Of a stretch of 64,000 bases of DNA, positions 30,410 through 40,378 are shown one piece after another; positions within the stretch are counted from its first letter, which is position 1; the number at the start of each line of letters is the position of its first letter. Under the pieces are notes generated by a model. That model worked only from the letters and a program-made list of their open reading frames with translations, was not told the DNA's origin and did no database searches. The translations under genes were made by a program, and so were the position numbers. The DNA comes from Candidatus Bathyarchaeia archaeon. GTDB lineage: Archaea; Thermoproteota; Bathyarchaeia; Bathyarchaeales; Bathycorpusculaceae. The stretch spans positions 81,261-145,260 of the forward strand of contig JBEKOM010000004.1 of NCBI GenBank assembly GCA_049521795.1. Reading direction: 5' to 3'.

Positions 30410-31264
30410 CTATGTCTTGCCTTTTGCAACGAAGATTGCAAGATGTGCAAGACGATGACGCTTGACCTTGCGGAAGTAACGGGATAACAAAGATTCAGCA
30501 AATGCGTAGTCAAGTTTGGTCTTATCCTCTTCCAAGACTTCGTGTTCCACTTTCTCAACAAATTCCCCCATCGTTAAGGGGTAATTGTCCTTGTTCGGAT
30601 GAGAATAAGGAACGATGAACGCGAGACTTCCGTCCTTCTTCAAAACACGGTGTAACTCTTTCAGGGCGCGGTGGACATTTTCGGGTTCGCCATGCACTCT
30701 CACGGCATCAACAAAGTTATCCTTTAGGGATATGTTTTCAACAGGGGTATCAAGAACAATGAGGTTTGCGCATTCGATGCTCAGCTTCACGGACTTGGGC
30801 TTGACCAAGTAGATTTTTCCATCCTCAACCACGTTGCCTAAGGATGATATCATCCAATCATAGAAGACTTTAGGTGCAACCACCAAGATTGTGTCGCCTC
30901 TGCCAACTTGCGAATCGAGCAATCGTTGCAGTTTTCGAATAGCACTCTTCTCAGGAGGAAGTTTCGACAAATACTGCATGTACTTGACATGAATAGTTTT
31001 GACTGCTTCCTTCAGCTCTTGACCCAGTTGATTCGTACCTTTCTTGCCGAGCCTGTACACCTTCCTTTCAGGCCCAAGGGCGCTTTTCATTCGGGTAGCC
31101 TCCAGATAGCCCTCTGTCTCCATCTCAGTGAGCACTCTATAGAGGTAGCTGATATTCGGCCTGAAGTCTCTCGCTGCCAATTGTTTTTGGACCTCATAGC
31201 CGTGCATTTCTGCGGTGCCAAGCATCTCTACAATCGTCTTCTTCAGATAGTCTTTGTGCATCAA
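30410..31264 (-). CDS. PadR-family regulator fused to a methyltransferase-like domain
   Basis: MHGYEV, YLYRVL..ME.EGYL, GPERKVYRL; C-terminal LKELHRVLKKDG. Confidence 0.8.
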   Translation of the reverse strand: MMHKDYLKKTIVEMLGTAEMHGYEVQKQLAARDFRPNISYLYRVLTEMETEGYLEATRMKSALGPERKVYRLGKKGTNQLGQELKEAVKTIHVKYMQYLSKLPPEKSAIRKLQRLLDSQVGRGDTILVVAPKVFYDWMISSLGNVVEDGKIYLVKPKSVKLSIECANLIVLDTPVENISLKDNFVDAVRVHGEPENVHRALKELHRVLKKDGSLAFIVPYSHPNKDNYPLTMGEFVEKVEHEVLEEDKTKLDYAFAESLLSRYFRKVKRHRLAHLAIFVAKGKT

Positions 31265-31525
31265 ACAAACCAGCTATTCGAAAATCAGTACTATAGTGAC
31301 ATCATCTTAGGCATTTATAGGTTCCTAAGCCCCTCATGTTTCAAGCCGGAACACAAAACAGAATAACGTGAAAAAATGAGAAAAACGAAATCATTATTGC
31401 CGATAATCTCAGGTATTCATTTGCCATCCATATTCTTAGCTGCACCTAGCTTTGCCTGCAACACAACGGGCTTAAGTGGTGCGTTCGCGTGTGCCTCGCA
31501 ATCATAGCACGGGGGAGAAAAGCCT

Positions 31526-32101
31526 GTGACACAGCCTCAAAGCACAAGGGCTTCAACCAGCAAAGTTGGCGGGATCATGGGACCGAGCTCCATTCTGACT
31601 TTGGCTGTCCCCGTGGTCGCACTGATCGTGGCGCTGTTGAGCAGAAGCCTTCTTCTCCTGACTTATGTTCACGTACTCACCGGCGGAACTTGGACTGGCA
31701 TAGACCTGTTTATGGGACTGGTCATGAGCAGAGTGCTGGGCAGTCTCTCCACTCAAAGCCGCGTTGAGGTCATAAAAAAACTCGTGCCGATCATGTTGTT
31801 CTTCATGCCTGCGCTGGCTTCGGTAGCCATAACTGCCGGCGTTTACCTAGCAATCAGTCTGGGTTGGAGTTTCTTCTCCACTCCAATAATTGCGGCATTT
31901 ATCATCGTGATCATTCTATCGGTCCAAGGCTTTGGTCTGATACTGCCAAACGAGGTTCGCGTCTTTCTCGAGCTCAGGAAGCCAAACCCAGACACAGAGA
32001 AGATTGTGAAACTTGGCATGAGAAACTTCTACTTCGCTGGCAGCCAGACGGTATTCCAGATCGCAATCATATTTGTGATGGCCTATATGGGCACCATATG
32101 A
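31526..32101 (+). CDS. Integral membrane protein
   Basis: About 5 TM helices, HVLTGGTW.G.DLFMG. Confidence 0.75.
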   Translation: MTQPQSTRASTSKVGGIMGPSSILTLAVPVVALIVALLSRSLLLLTYVHVLTGGTWTGIDLFMGLVMSRVLGSLSTQSRVEVIKKLVPIMLFFMPALASVAITAGVYLAISLGWSFFSTPIIAAFIIVIILSVQGFGLILPNEVRVFLELRKPNPDTEKIVKLGMRNFYFAGSQTVFQIAIIFVMAYMGTI

Positions 32102-32228
32102 TGAAAAAAACGTTTGGACCTGTACCCGTTTGGTCTTAAGAGTAAAGTCTTGTCCCAAACCCAAACGACTAAGCGCGTGCTACTGAACGACCGTCAATAA
32201 TACTCTTAGAAAAAGACGCGCTAGAAAA

Positions 32229-32714
32229 TTATGTAGCTTTGCCTTCTTTACAATAGTAGCTCATTGGTTTACCTTTCATTAGATTGAAGTCCTTGAAGAC
32301 TTGGCATCCGCTGCAAATGCACATCTTGTTGAAATCAAGGTCTTTACAAACTGCAACGCCGTTAGCGCAGTATGGTCCAGGCATATCTTCCGCTTTAGGC
32401 ATCATCAAAGCAATCTGTTCCTTTGGCGTGTTCCGCATCATTTCATCGCTCATGTTCTTCATCTGTTCCCTGGACATGCTCCTCATCGTTTCAGGACTCA
32501 TGTTTTTCATCATTTCCAAGTTCTGCATCATTCCAGGGGTCATGATCTTCGATATTTCAGGGCTCGGGTTCTTCATCATCTCATCCTTCGCTATTATTTT
32601 AGGTTTGGCACACGCACTAATAGCCTGGACTGGACACATTGCGCACTTGCATTTCATTATCACATCATAAGTCAATAGAACCTTAGGTCCTGCCTTATGC
32701 CCAAAAAGATTCAA
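32229..32714 (-). CDS. Cys-rich DUF2769-like protein with a Met-rich insertion
   Basis: CKCAMCPV..C, GPYCANG..C, CICSGCQVF, YYC; central segment rich in Met. Confidence 0.7.
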   Translation of the reverse strand: MNLFGHKAGPKVLLTYDVIMKCKCAMCPVQAISACAKPKIIAKDEMMKNPSPEISKIMTPGMMQNLEMMKNMSPETMRSMSREQMKNMSDEMMRNTPKEQIALMMPKAEDMPGPYCANGVAVCKDLDFNKMCICSGCQVFKDFNLMKGKPMSYYCKEGKAT

Positions 32715-33174
32715 AAAAATCCACCTCCAACCTAATCGCCTTAGAACAAGATGCTAGATTAAGCTTTGCTCTCATATTAACCATCGCAAACTAACCGATA
32801 CGCGCACTTCCTTCTTCAGGGTATGGTTTGCAGGAGTGTGCCATTTGAAGGGGAAGTAGAACATCAGATTTATCAGTGGTACTCAAAAGACATCAAGGTT
32901 AAGCACGCGGGGTATCTATCCGTGTCTGTTTTTTGCGTTTGTCCGTGTGTGTTTGTGTGTGCGAGTGTTTGTAGAAAGAGGGCTAGTAGGAGAGAGAGAA
33001 AGATAAGACTTTACCCCCAAAACCAAAGGTATGCGGCGAAAAGTGTTTTTTCGGTTAATGGTTTGAACACGCAACCTCTGTTCGTTAACGATTACGAGGG
33101 TGTTCTTTCTGTTAAAAAAATCTTCAAACCTTAAATACAAAATAGGAAATACTGGTCATCTGAGAAGATTTGGG

Positions 33175-33549
33175 ATGTCACAAAAGAGGTATTGCCAATA
33201 TTGCGGAGTAGAAATATCCCCAACGACCACACAATGCCCTTCATGCGGTGCGGTACAACAGGCCCCTGCTCAATCACAACAGCAGCCTTACGTAGCGCTT
33301 CAACCTCAACCGCCGCCTCCGCCGGTAGCAGCTAACAAATCAACAGGAAATATTCTGGCGGCGGCAAGCATCATCCTTGGGATTGTGGGCATATTCGTCG
33401 CCGGGGTCATACTCGGAATAGCCGCGATAATCGTTGGCGCCGCTGCAATATCGAAAAAGGCAAAAGTCGGCGGTGCAGTTGGAATAATACTGGGCTTTAT
33501 TGCGTTTGTCGCTACGCTGTTGCTGATATTAGGAGTAATCACCGTATAG
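33175..33549 (+). CDS. Zinc-ribbon membrane protein
   Basis: YCQYCG..CPSCG, Gln/Pro linker, TM helices. Confidence 0.8.
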   Translation: MSQKRYCQYCGVEISPTTTQCPSCGAVQQAPAQSQQQPYVALQPQPPPPPVAANKSTGNILAAASIILGIVGIFVAGVILGIAAIIVGAAAISKKAKVGGAVGIILGFIAFVATLLLILGVITV

Positions 33550-33648
33550 ACGGTTCTTCGCTGCCTGATTATCTACAAAAAGAACGCGCGCGAAGATTAC
33601 TCTATCCTCGTAAGGAAATAGATTTAGGAAATAGTCGGTCTATCGATT

Positions 33649-34233
33649 ATGAAAACTACTGGATTTTTCTGGGGTAGATTTAATCCTCCGCATAAAGGCC
33701 ACGTTGAGATTATTAGAAGAATTCTAAGACAAGTGGATGATTTGATCGTGGTCATAGGAGCTTCCCAAAACAAGAATACTAAAAGCAATCCGTTCAGCGG
33801 GGAAGAGAGAAAGCAAATGCTGGAGGCATACTTGAAAGAAGAGGAGCTAGATGAGAAGGTAAAAATAATTCCACTTCCAGACAGTGAAGTGTCGATACAA
33901 GATGCAGTAAGATATGTTCTCAACAACACTCCGAAATTTGATGTCTCTTTTTCTACGCATGAAATAGAAGAACAGTTGACTCCGATAAAAATAGAAGTTG
34001 AAAAAACACTAGAACAAGAATTGAATAAGAGAAAAATCAAAATTGTCAAGTTTAGAAGAATGGGAACACTATCTTCTTCGAAGATCAGAGAAGCCATAGC
34101 TTATGATAAAAAATGGGAGTATATGACAGGTAAGTCTGTGGTGAGAATAATCAAAGAACTAAATGGAATAGAAAGAATAAAGAAAGCGCATAACAGTAGT
34201 TACACACAATCGAAGAGAAAGAGAAAAGGATAA
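33649..34233 (+). CDS. nadM: NMN adenylyltransferase-like cytidylyltransferase family protein
   Basis: GRFNPPHKGH, SNPFSGEER, SSSKIR. Confidence 0.8.
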   Translation: MKTTGFFWGRFNPPHKGHVEIIRRILRQVDDLIVVIGASQNKNTKSNPFSGEERKQMLEAYLKEEELDEKVKIIPLPDSEVSIQDAVRYVLNNTPKFDVSFSTHEIEEQLTPIKIEVEKTLEQELNKRKIKIVKFRRMGTLSSSKIREAIAYDKKWEYMTGKSVVRIIKELNGIERIKKAHNSSYTQSKRKRKG

Positions 34234-34330
34234 GCGCGCTTCACAAACCTATGGTTATTCGTCCTCGGGCGCCTTGTATTAGGGTAAGGTTAATTTTTGC
34301 CTTCGCAGTAGTTTGAAAGGGGCGATCCGA

Positions 34331-34951
34331 GTGTTTGAGTTTGCTGGTCTGAGGTTCAGGCCTTTGGAGAAGGAAGATCTGAAGCTGCTGCACGTTTGGG
34401 AGAACGATTCTGAGCTGATGATGTACAGTAGAAGTCAACCGTTGAACATGGCCTCGATGGCTCAGCTGGAGGAAAGATTTGCCGAATGGATGAAGAATGA
34501 GAAGAACCTCTTTTTCATCGTGGAGGCCATCGATTCAAACGAGCCTATAGGTTTCGCCAGCATTCGCAGGGAAGTTTGGGGCAACGTTCCAGGAGCGGAC
34601 GTTGGCACCTACATAGGAAAGAAGGAACTGTGGGAGAAGGGCCATGGAAAGAAAATAACCGTCGCATTGCTAGAAATGTCCTTCATGCACCTTGGCCTTG
34701 AGCACTGCCAAGCGTGGAGCGTAGAGTACAACACGCGGGCCCACAGAGCGCTCGAATCTTGCGGCTTCAAGAAAGGCGGAGCTGTGCGGAACACGGTCTA
34801 CGTGGCAGGCAAGAAATGGGGGTCCTTCCATTTTGACATACTTCAAGAAGAATACATGCGCGTGCGATCGGACCTGCTGACGAGGGTTCTCGGAGACGAA
34901 GTGGACAACTATTTGAAGAAGATGGGACCGAACCTTAAGCCTGCCAAGTGA
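34331..34951 (+). CDS. RimJ/RimL-type GNAT acetyltransferase
   Basis: FRPLEKEDL..W.ND, WEKGHG, YN.RA....E.CGF. Confidence 0.88.
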   Translation: MFEFAGLRFRPLEKEDLKLLHVWENDSELMMYSRSQPLNMASMAQLEERFAEWMKNEKNLFFIVEAIDSNEPIGFASIRREVWGNVPGADVGTYIGKKELWEKGHGKKITVALLEMSFMHLGLEHCQAWSVEYNTRAHRALESCGFKKGGAVRNTVYVAGKKWGSFHFDILQEEYMRVRSDLLTRVLGDEVDNYLKKMGPNLKPAK

Positions 34952-35128
34952 AGAAGTGACTGCTAAGAAACAGGAGGCTTATCTTCTGTGACGGCACGCG
35001 CGGTCCAGAATCGAAGAACAGCGCTTGCGCAGGCTGTGAAACGTTAGAAGTCCATTATCCCCGCTCCTGATTCAGAGTTCACAAGGCTAATTTCTCCAGA
35101 AGATGAAAAGTTAGCGCATAATAGGTAG

Positions 35129-37495
35129 TTGCATATGAACTGTCGAGTCTTTACATTATTACTGTTTCTTCTGACAGTGTTTCTTCTAATTCCCGTCCAG
35201 AGAGTCTCAGCGGACGTTGATTCGGACCTTCAGGTGACGCCGCTGACGCAGCATTTCGTTGTGAATCTCGTGTACACTCAGATGCTCCGGTTTAGCTTTA
35301 ACATAACCAACTCTGGCACTCAGGCGAGGCCGCTTATGATTCAGCACGATCCGCTTCCGGACTGGGTAGAACGCGATGACTATCAGGGCAAGGCTTTACC
35401 AAACACGGTTGACACGGTGTGGGTCATGTTAGGATGCGGCGGTCCTGACCTCAACTCTAATGGAACGACTTACACGGCGTACTACGCTGTGATCGCGGAT
35501 CACGCCAACACCCCTGGAAACTATGTGGCTGCAAACGTGACCATAACTTGGACTATAATTGTTTCATGGGATGGCCAGCTGTACTATCAGGCCAGCGGAG
35601 AAGTGGTTGATGCTGAAACCTCGGTCCCGATTTCCGGTGCTTACGTCGGCTTCGGGGTACCAGGCGAGTTCGGAGTAGGCCCTGGACCTGCGAGTGTTTC
35701 ACAGGCAGACGGAACCTATTCGGAGTACACCGTGATTCCAGGAACCACTAGCACCGCGGTCGCATTGGCCCTCGGGTATCAGACATACGTTAACGCTGAC
35801 TACTATGTGACTTCAAAACCTGACCAGCGCATCCAACAGAACTTTGAATTGATCCCTTCTGGGACGTTAGGAAACTACAGCCTGCAGTGGAACTCAACCC
35901 TGCTGAGCCCCATCTACTACGGAGCCATCTCATCCGACTTCAAGACCATGATCCTGGCAGGGGGAGAACATGGAACCGCGAGTTACCACGCATTGCCAGA
36001 CCCGTCCTTCAGCAATCTGTACTACGTCTACTTGTACGATACGAACGGCACGATGCTATGGAGGTTCGGGCCTTTGACCAACGACAGCGACACTTACGGA
36101 GGGTTCTGGAGCGCCACCATAACAGCAGACGGTTCCTTAGCAGCGGCGGGAACCACCGATGGAAAACTCTTCGTCTACAACAGACAAGGCCTGCTGTGGA
36201 ACATCACCAGAACAGCTGAAAACGCTTCAGACGCCCAGTTTGAACGATTTTCTCCAGACGGAAACTACTTAGTGGACGGTTGCGGCGGCAGCTGGATAGA
36301 ATGCAGGAACGCCACGACCGGCGAGATCTTCTGGTCAGCGCCCGCCTACGAGCTTGCAAATCCTAGGGCGATGCTCTTCAGCGCCGACAGCAGCAAACTG
36401 CTGGTTGGAACTTCAGTGCTGCGATTGTTCGACACTGCCAACGGCACGCTGCTCTGGACAAGATCGATAAGCGGGTTCATCTGGCCGACTTCGATCGCTG
36501 CGACACCCGACTTTTCATTCATAGTCGTCGGCACTGGGAAGGGCGGCACCATCTGGGCCATGGACGGCGACGGCAACGTCAAGTGGGAGGTCGACACTGG
36601 AAACAGCGCAGTCAACTGGGTCTCCATGTCAGTCGACGGCTCAGTTGTCGCTACGGGAGCAAGAGACGGTCTCAGAATCTTCAACCAGAACGGAAAACTG
36701 CTATGGGGACTTACCGGCCTTGAAGCCCGCCTACCTTGGATTGGCGACGTGACCGCGGGAGCTGTGACAGCTGATGGCCGCTACATTCTCGCAGGCACGT
36801 CCGGCAACACCGCCTTCCGAAGCGATACCATTCCAAACGGAGCTTTGCTTTTTGACGTGAACGGCACTCTCCTCTGGAGTGACTTCTGGAACACCACGGC
36901 GACGAAGTGGGTGCCACCCGACTTTGGAAGACCACTGTTTGCAGCGATATCAAGCGATGCCAGCACTTTCATCCTTGGGTCCACCGACAGCGCTCTAAGA
37001 GTGTATCACGGAGCGGTCGTAGCAACGCCTACCCCTCAGAACGTCACAGTTGCTGATCACACTGTTCAAGTGGACGGAAAAGTTTTCCACGTAGTAACGG
37101 AAAGCAACTCAACCGTGTCGGACATCGTCTTGGATCAATCACAAATAAAGTTCAACGTCTCCGGTGACTCTGGCACAGTTGGATATTTCAACGTGACAAT
37201 TCCAAAGTCTCTGATGAACTGCACAAGTCTTGACGATTGGACCGTGTGGCTTAACGGCACACAGCTTCTAGCTCCTAACTTCCTCGCGCCAACGGAAAAC
37301 GCAACACACACGTTCATACAGTTCACTTGCACGTTTGATTCCACGTTTCAAGTAACTATCAAAGGAACAAACGTGGTTCAAGAGTTTCCATCACCAACCA
37401 TTCTGTCACTAGCCATCGCAACAACGCTACTAGCAGTCATAGTCTGCAAAAGAGGAAGGATTAAGAAAACCGATGGATCAACGGCACCTCACTAG
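35129..37495 (+). CDS. Surface protein with PQQ/WD40-like beta-propeller and PEF-like C-terminal anchor
   Basis: Signal peptide, repeated G.LLW blades, VQEFP + TM helix + basic tail. Confidence 0.82.
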   Translation: MHMNCRVFTLLLFLLTVFLLIPVQRVSADVDSDLQVTPLTQHFVVNLVYTQMLRFSFNITNSGTQARPLMIQHDPLPDWVERDDYQGKALPNTVDTVWVMLGCGGPDLNSNGTTYTAYYAVIADHANTPGNYVAANVTITWTIIVSWDGQLYYQASGEVVDAETSVPISGAYVGFGVPGEFGVGPGPASVSQADGTYSEYTVIPGTTSTAVALALGYQTYVNADYYVTSKPDQRIQQNFELIPSGTLGNYSLQWNSTLLSPIYYGAISSDFKTMILAGGEHGTASYHALPDPSFSNLYYVYLYDTNGTMLWRFGPLTNDSDTYGGFWSATITADGSLAAAGTTDGKLFVYNRQGLLWNITRTAENASDAQFERFSPDGNYLVDGCGGSWIECRNATTGEIFWSAPAYELANPRAMLFSADSSKLLVGTSVLRLFDTANGTLLWTRSISGFIWPTSIAATPDFSFIVVGTGKGGTIWAMDGDGNVKWEVDTGNSAVNWVSMSVDGSVVATGARDGLRIFNQNGKLLWGLTGLEARLPWIGDVTAGAVTADGRYILAGTSGNTAFRSDTIPNGALLFDVNGTLLWSDFWNTTATKWVPPDFGRPLFAAISSDASTFILGSTDSALRVYHGAVVATPTPQNVTVADHTVQVDGKVFHVVTESNSTVSDIVLDQSQIKFNVSGDSGTVGYFNVTIPKSLMNCTSLDDWTVWLNGTQLLAPNFLAPTENATHTFIQFTCTFDSTFQVTIKGTNVVQEFPSPTILSLAIATTLLAVIVCKRGRIKKTDGSTAPH

Positions 37496-37816
37496 AATCG
37501 TGAAGAAGACAGCGAGAAAAGCTGCATGGCGTTTTCCGATGAAGGATTGTTACTTTCACGGTTCGAGCCGGGTGCTCTCTCGCTCTCACACCCTCCCCCC
37601 CGGGTATCCTATATGACCCAAATATGGTTAGGTAGTCAGAAATGACTATCCGCATATGGTTCAAGAGCAGAGTTGCACTAGCTACTGCCCGAAAGAATTA
37701 AGGAACACGCTAGCGCGCTAGGAGAAGAAAAAGAAAAGATGGCTTATTTTTGACCCATCGCCTGGGCTGTCGCAAGGTATTTATGTATGCAATTGATATC
37801 TTTTGTATACGGTGAC

Positions 37817-38140
37817 GTGTTGACGCTTAAACCTTTAGCGGTAAGGATACCTAAGGAAATCGAGAAGGAAATCCTCGAAGTGGTCGAACGTGCAAAGTTG
37901 GACAAGGCTACTGTTGTTAGGAATCTTCTTGAATTGGGAATTGCGGAGTGGAGGAAGCAGACGGCTCTGGAGTTGTTGCGAGACGGGAAAACCACGTTTG
38001 CCAAGGCTGCAGAGATGGCAAGGCTTTCGCTTTGGGAATTCGCTGATCTGGTGAAGCAGCGTAGTGTGGAATGGGTTAGATTTACGCCTGAAGAGCTCGA
38101 GAAAGAGTTCAGGGAAGCGTCGGCGGCGAAGCGTAAGTGA
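37817..38140 (+). CDS. UPF0175-family antitoxin
   Basis: RHH-like N-terminus, KAAEMARLSLWEF; overlaps the PIN gene. Confidence 0.85.
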   Translation: MLTLKPLAVRIPKEIEKEILEVVERAKLDKATVVRNLLELGIAEWRKQTALELLRDGKTTFAKAAEMARLSLWEFADLVKQRSVEWVRFTPEELEKEFREASAAKRK

Positions 38141-38649
38141 AGCTGCTTGTTTTCAATTCTACGCCATTGATCTACTTGACTAAAGTGGGTTTGAGCATGG
38201 TTCTTGAGGGTTTGAAGGGCGAAAAGGTAACGTCGCCGAAGGTCAAGAGCGAGGTTGTGGATGAAGGCAGGCGTAAAGGTGTTCCTGACGCAGTTGTCTT
38301 GGAAAAGCTGTTTGACAGCAAAGTGTTTAGGGTTGTTGAGCCTAAGGATGAGGAGTTTTTGTCGAGATTGTTGAAGACGAGGGGACTTCATGTGACTGAC
38401 GCGGAGGTTTTGGCTCTTGCCCACGAGTTGAACGGTGTGGCTGTCGTGGATGATGGTGTGGCAAGGAACACCGCGAAGGTTTACGGGATAGGCTACGTGG
38501 GTACGCCATATGTTCTGGCGAGGGCTGTCTGTGAGGGATTGGTCACTAAAGAAAGAGCTAAGCAGGCTGTGAACGAAATGGTTTCTGTCGGTTGGCGATG
38601 CAGCGTTGAAAGTTATGCGAAGATTATTGAAGCTTTAGAGAAGCTTTAG
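38137..38649 (+). CDS. PIN-domain toxin (DUF3368-like)
   Basis: VFNSTPLIYL, DAEVLALA, DD..AR..A...G...GT. Confidence 0.85.
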   Translation: MKLLVFNSTPLIYLTKVGLSMVLEGLKGEKVTSPKVKSEVVDEGRRKGVPDAVVLEKLFDSKVFRVVEPKDEEFLSRLLKTRGLHVTDAEVLALAHELNGVAVVDDGVARNTAKVYGIGYVGTPYVLARAVCEGLVTKERAKQAVNEMVSVGWRCSVESYAKIIEALEKL

Positions 38650-38665
38650 AGGTTGAGCAAATTCA

Positions 38666-38817
38666 GCGCGCTGGCTTGTCCCTAAATTCGAAAAAAAAAG
38701 TAACTGAAAGCATATACATTTCGCATATACGTTTTGCATATACAGTTGACGAGCATTGTTGAAAACGGTGAGGCTGTTCACGTCGGCTGCCGAGCTGCGT
38801 GGACTGTTCAAGTGCGC
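38666..38817 (+). repeat. Conserved ~150-bp noncoding element, copy 1
   Basis: GCATATAC at 38710, 38723, 38736, then GAGCATTGTTGAAAACGGTGAGGCTG...GGACTGTTCAAGTGCGC. Confidence 0.85.
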
Positions 38818-38879
38818 AATGAGTCGATAGACTCAACAAAAAACGCACGCTGAGAATGAACAATGCCCAACGATTGAGG

Positions 38880-38972
38880 CTACTTCTTCAATCGTTTCTC
38901 TTTGTGCTTTCTTCTTTTCTCTTCTCTTTCCTTTTTAGTCATTGGTTTCTTTTTAGTGGCTCCAGTGCTCAA
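38880..38972 (-). CDS. 30-aa Lys/Arg-rich microprotein, paralog 2
   Basis: MSTGATKKKPMTKKEREEKRRKHKEKRLKK with GGTGA RBS; homologous to 28832-28924. Confidence 0.65.
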   Translation of the reverse strand: MSTGATKKKPMTKKEREEKRRKHKEKRLKK

Positions 38973-39285
38973 TTCAATCACCACGCTCAAATAGTCAGAA
39001 TAGGGAATTAAGTTTTTGCGCGCGCTCTGGCTAATGCGCGTGCTTCTTCCAGTCTCCTCACTTTTTTAACGTTGCTCCTTCCATGTTTCCATGTTCCTCG
39101 GCTTTTCATTCTTTTCAAGAATCGTTCTTTTTTCGCCTGCTTTTTCCTCGATCGGTCCAAACAAATCTTCCTTCCCAGAATCAGAAAGTAACAACAAACA
39201 AGGATTATAACCTTTCACCTGAATAATCCGACAGAATCCAAGACTTAATGAGAAAGAAGTTCATTAGAGTATTGAGAGTCTGTTT

Positions 39286-39399
39286 ATGAGCAGGCGTAGA
39301 CGGTTTGACAGGCTTGAATGTCAGAATTGCATTTACAAGAGCAGCACGTACTGTTGGAGACAATGTCCGTACAACATCTGGAAGACGGAAGAATACTAA
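39286..39399 (+). CDS. 37-aa Cys-rich microprotein
   Basis: MSRRRRFDRLECQNCIYKSSTYCWRQCPYNIWKTEEY, CxxC-x7-CxxxC. Confidence 0.5.
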   Translation: MSRRRRFDRLECQNCIYKSSTYCWRQCPYNIWKTEEY

Positions 39400-39601
39400 G
39401 TCTCGTGCGGTTGCTTCTTAGCTGCAGGAGCCTGAGTTGTGTTCTCATCGGCTACACGTTCGAATAGCCTTCCGCGCGCTGTGAGACGCCTAGAGAACTG
39501 AATGAGATTTAAGATAAAGCCGATGCCTATATCTTAGGAGCTCCATTGTACTGTTTGGATGTAAATGGTTTAATGAGGACTGAAGGAATGGGAGTGGGAA
39601 C

Positions 39602-39895
39602 ATGATTTCGTCCAAGGCGAAAAATCGAATGAAGCGTGAGCTAGCCTTAGGGAAGCCAACAATATGGGTTGGTAAGGAGGGAGCGTCGCCGCAGACGATG
39701 AATGAGATTTCTAGGCAGTTGGAGAAGAGGAAAATGGTGAAAGTCCAAATATTGAATAGCGCGCTTGTGAATGAGAGCGCCAAAGACATCGCGTCAAAAA
39801 CAGCTCAGCAAACAGGATCCGTTTTAATCGATGTTCGAGGCCACACTTTCATACTGCATAAGCCTCGCAAAAAGAGAAGTGAAAAGCCTCCGTGA
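39602..39895 (+). CDS. yhbY: YhbY/CRM RNA-binding protein
   Basis: KPTIWVGKEG, EI..QL....MVKV, LIDVRG.TFIL. Confidence 0.88.
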   Translation: MISSKAKNRMKRELALGKPTIWVGKEGASPQTMNEISRQLEKRKMVKVQILNSALVNESAKDIASKTAQQTGSVLIDVRGHTFILHKPRKKRSEKPP

Positions 39896-40378
39896 GAGGA
39901 CCGTTTAAAGGGTTTTGAAAGGGATTGGATTGTGATAATCTTGTTAGGGAAGGTTCAAAAACACCCACTTCGTTCATGCCTTTGACCTTGCCTTCATGAA
40001 CCTGCCTCCGTCAAGAGATCCTAAAATGGCTGACGCATCCATTGACAAAGGCGCGCGCGTCTTTCTTGATGAGCATGACCATTCTGACTGAGTGTGCTCT
40101 TTTCATCCTCTTCAACTATCGAACAGCCTAGCGCGCGCACTATCTTACTCTCTTGTTTCTCCGAAGCAAGCGTTTGTTTGGGAGTTTTGGTTTCTTCACA
40201 CGTTTTGCATCCGTCGCAGCCAAGACTAGACCCTCAAGACAGTTTTGACCCTCGTTTCTCTTAAAGCTACTGTACAGCGCGCTCTAATGATTGTGGAGAC
40301 GACTTACAAATTTAGCGCGCTGGATCGATAGGCATGCGGAACATGCTAGAAATCGGCTATTAACCCGAAAATCTTGCA

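Noticed and set aside
32823-33140. ORFs over a (GT)-rich tract
   Set aside because: Low-complexity intergenic sequence; translations reflect the dinucleotide repeat.
37744-38424. 226-aa minus-strand ORF
   Set aside because: Overlaps the UPF0175/PIN pair on the opposite strand, which has clear motifs.
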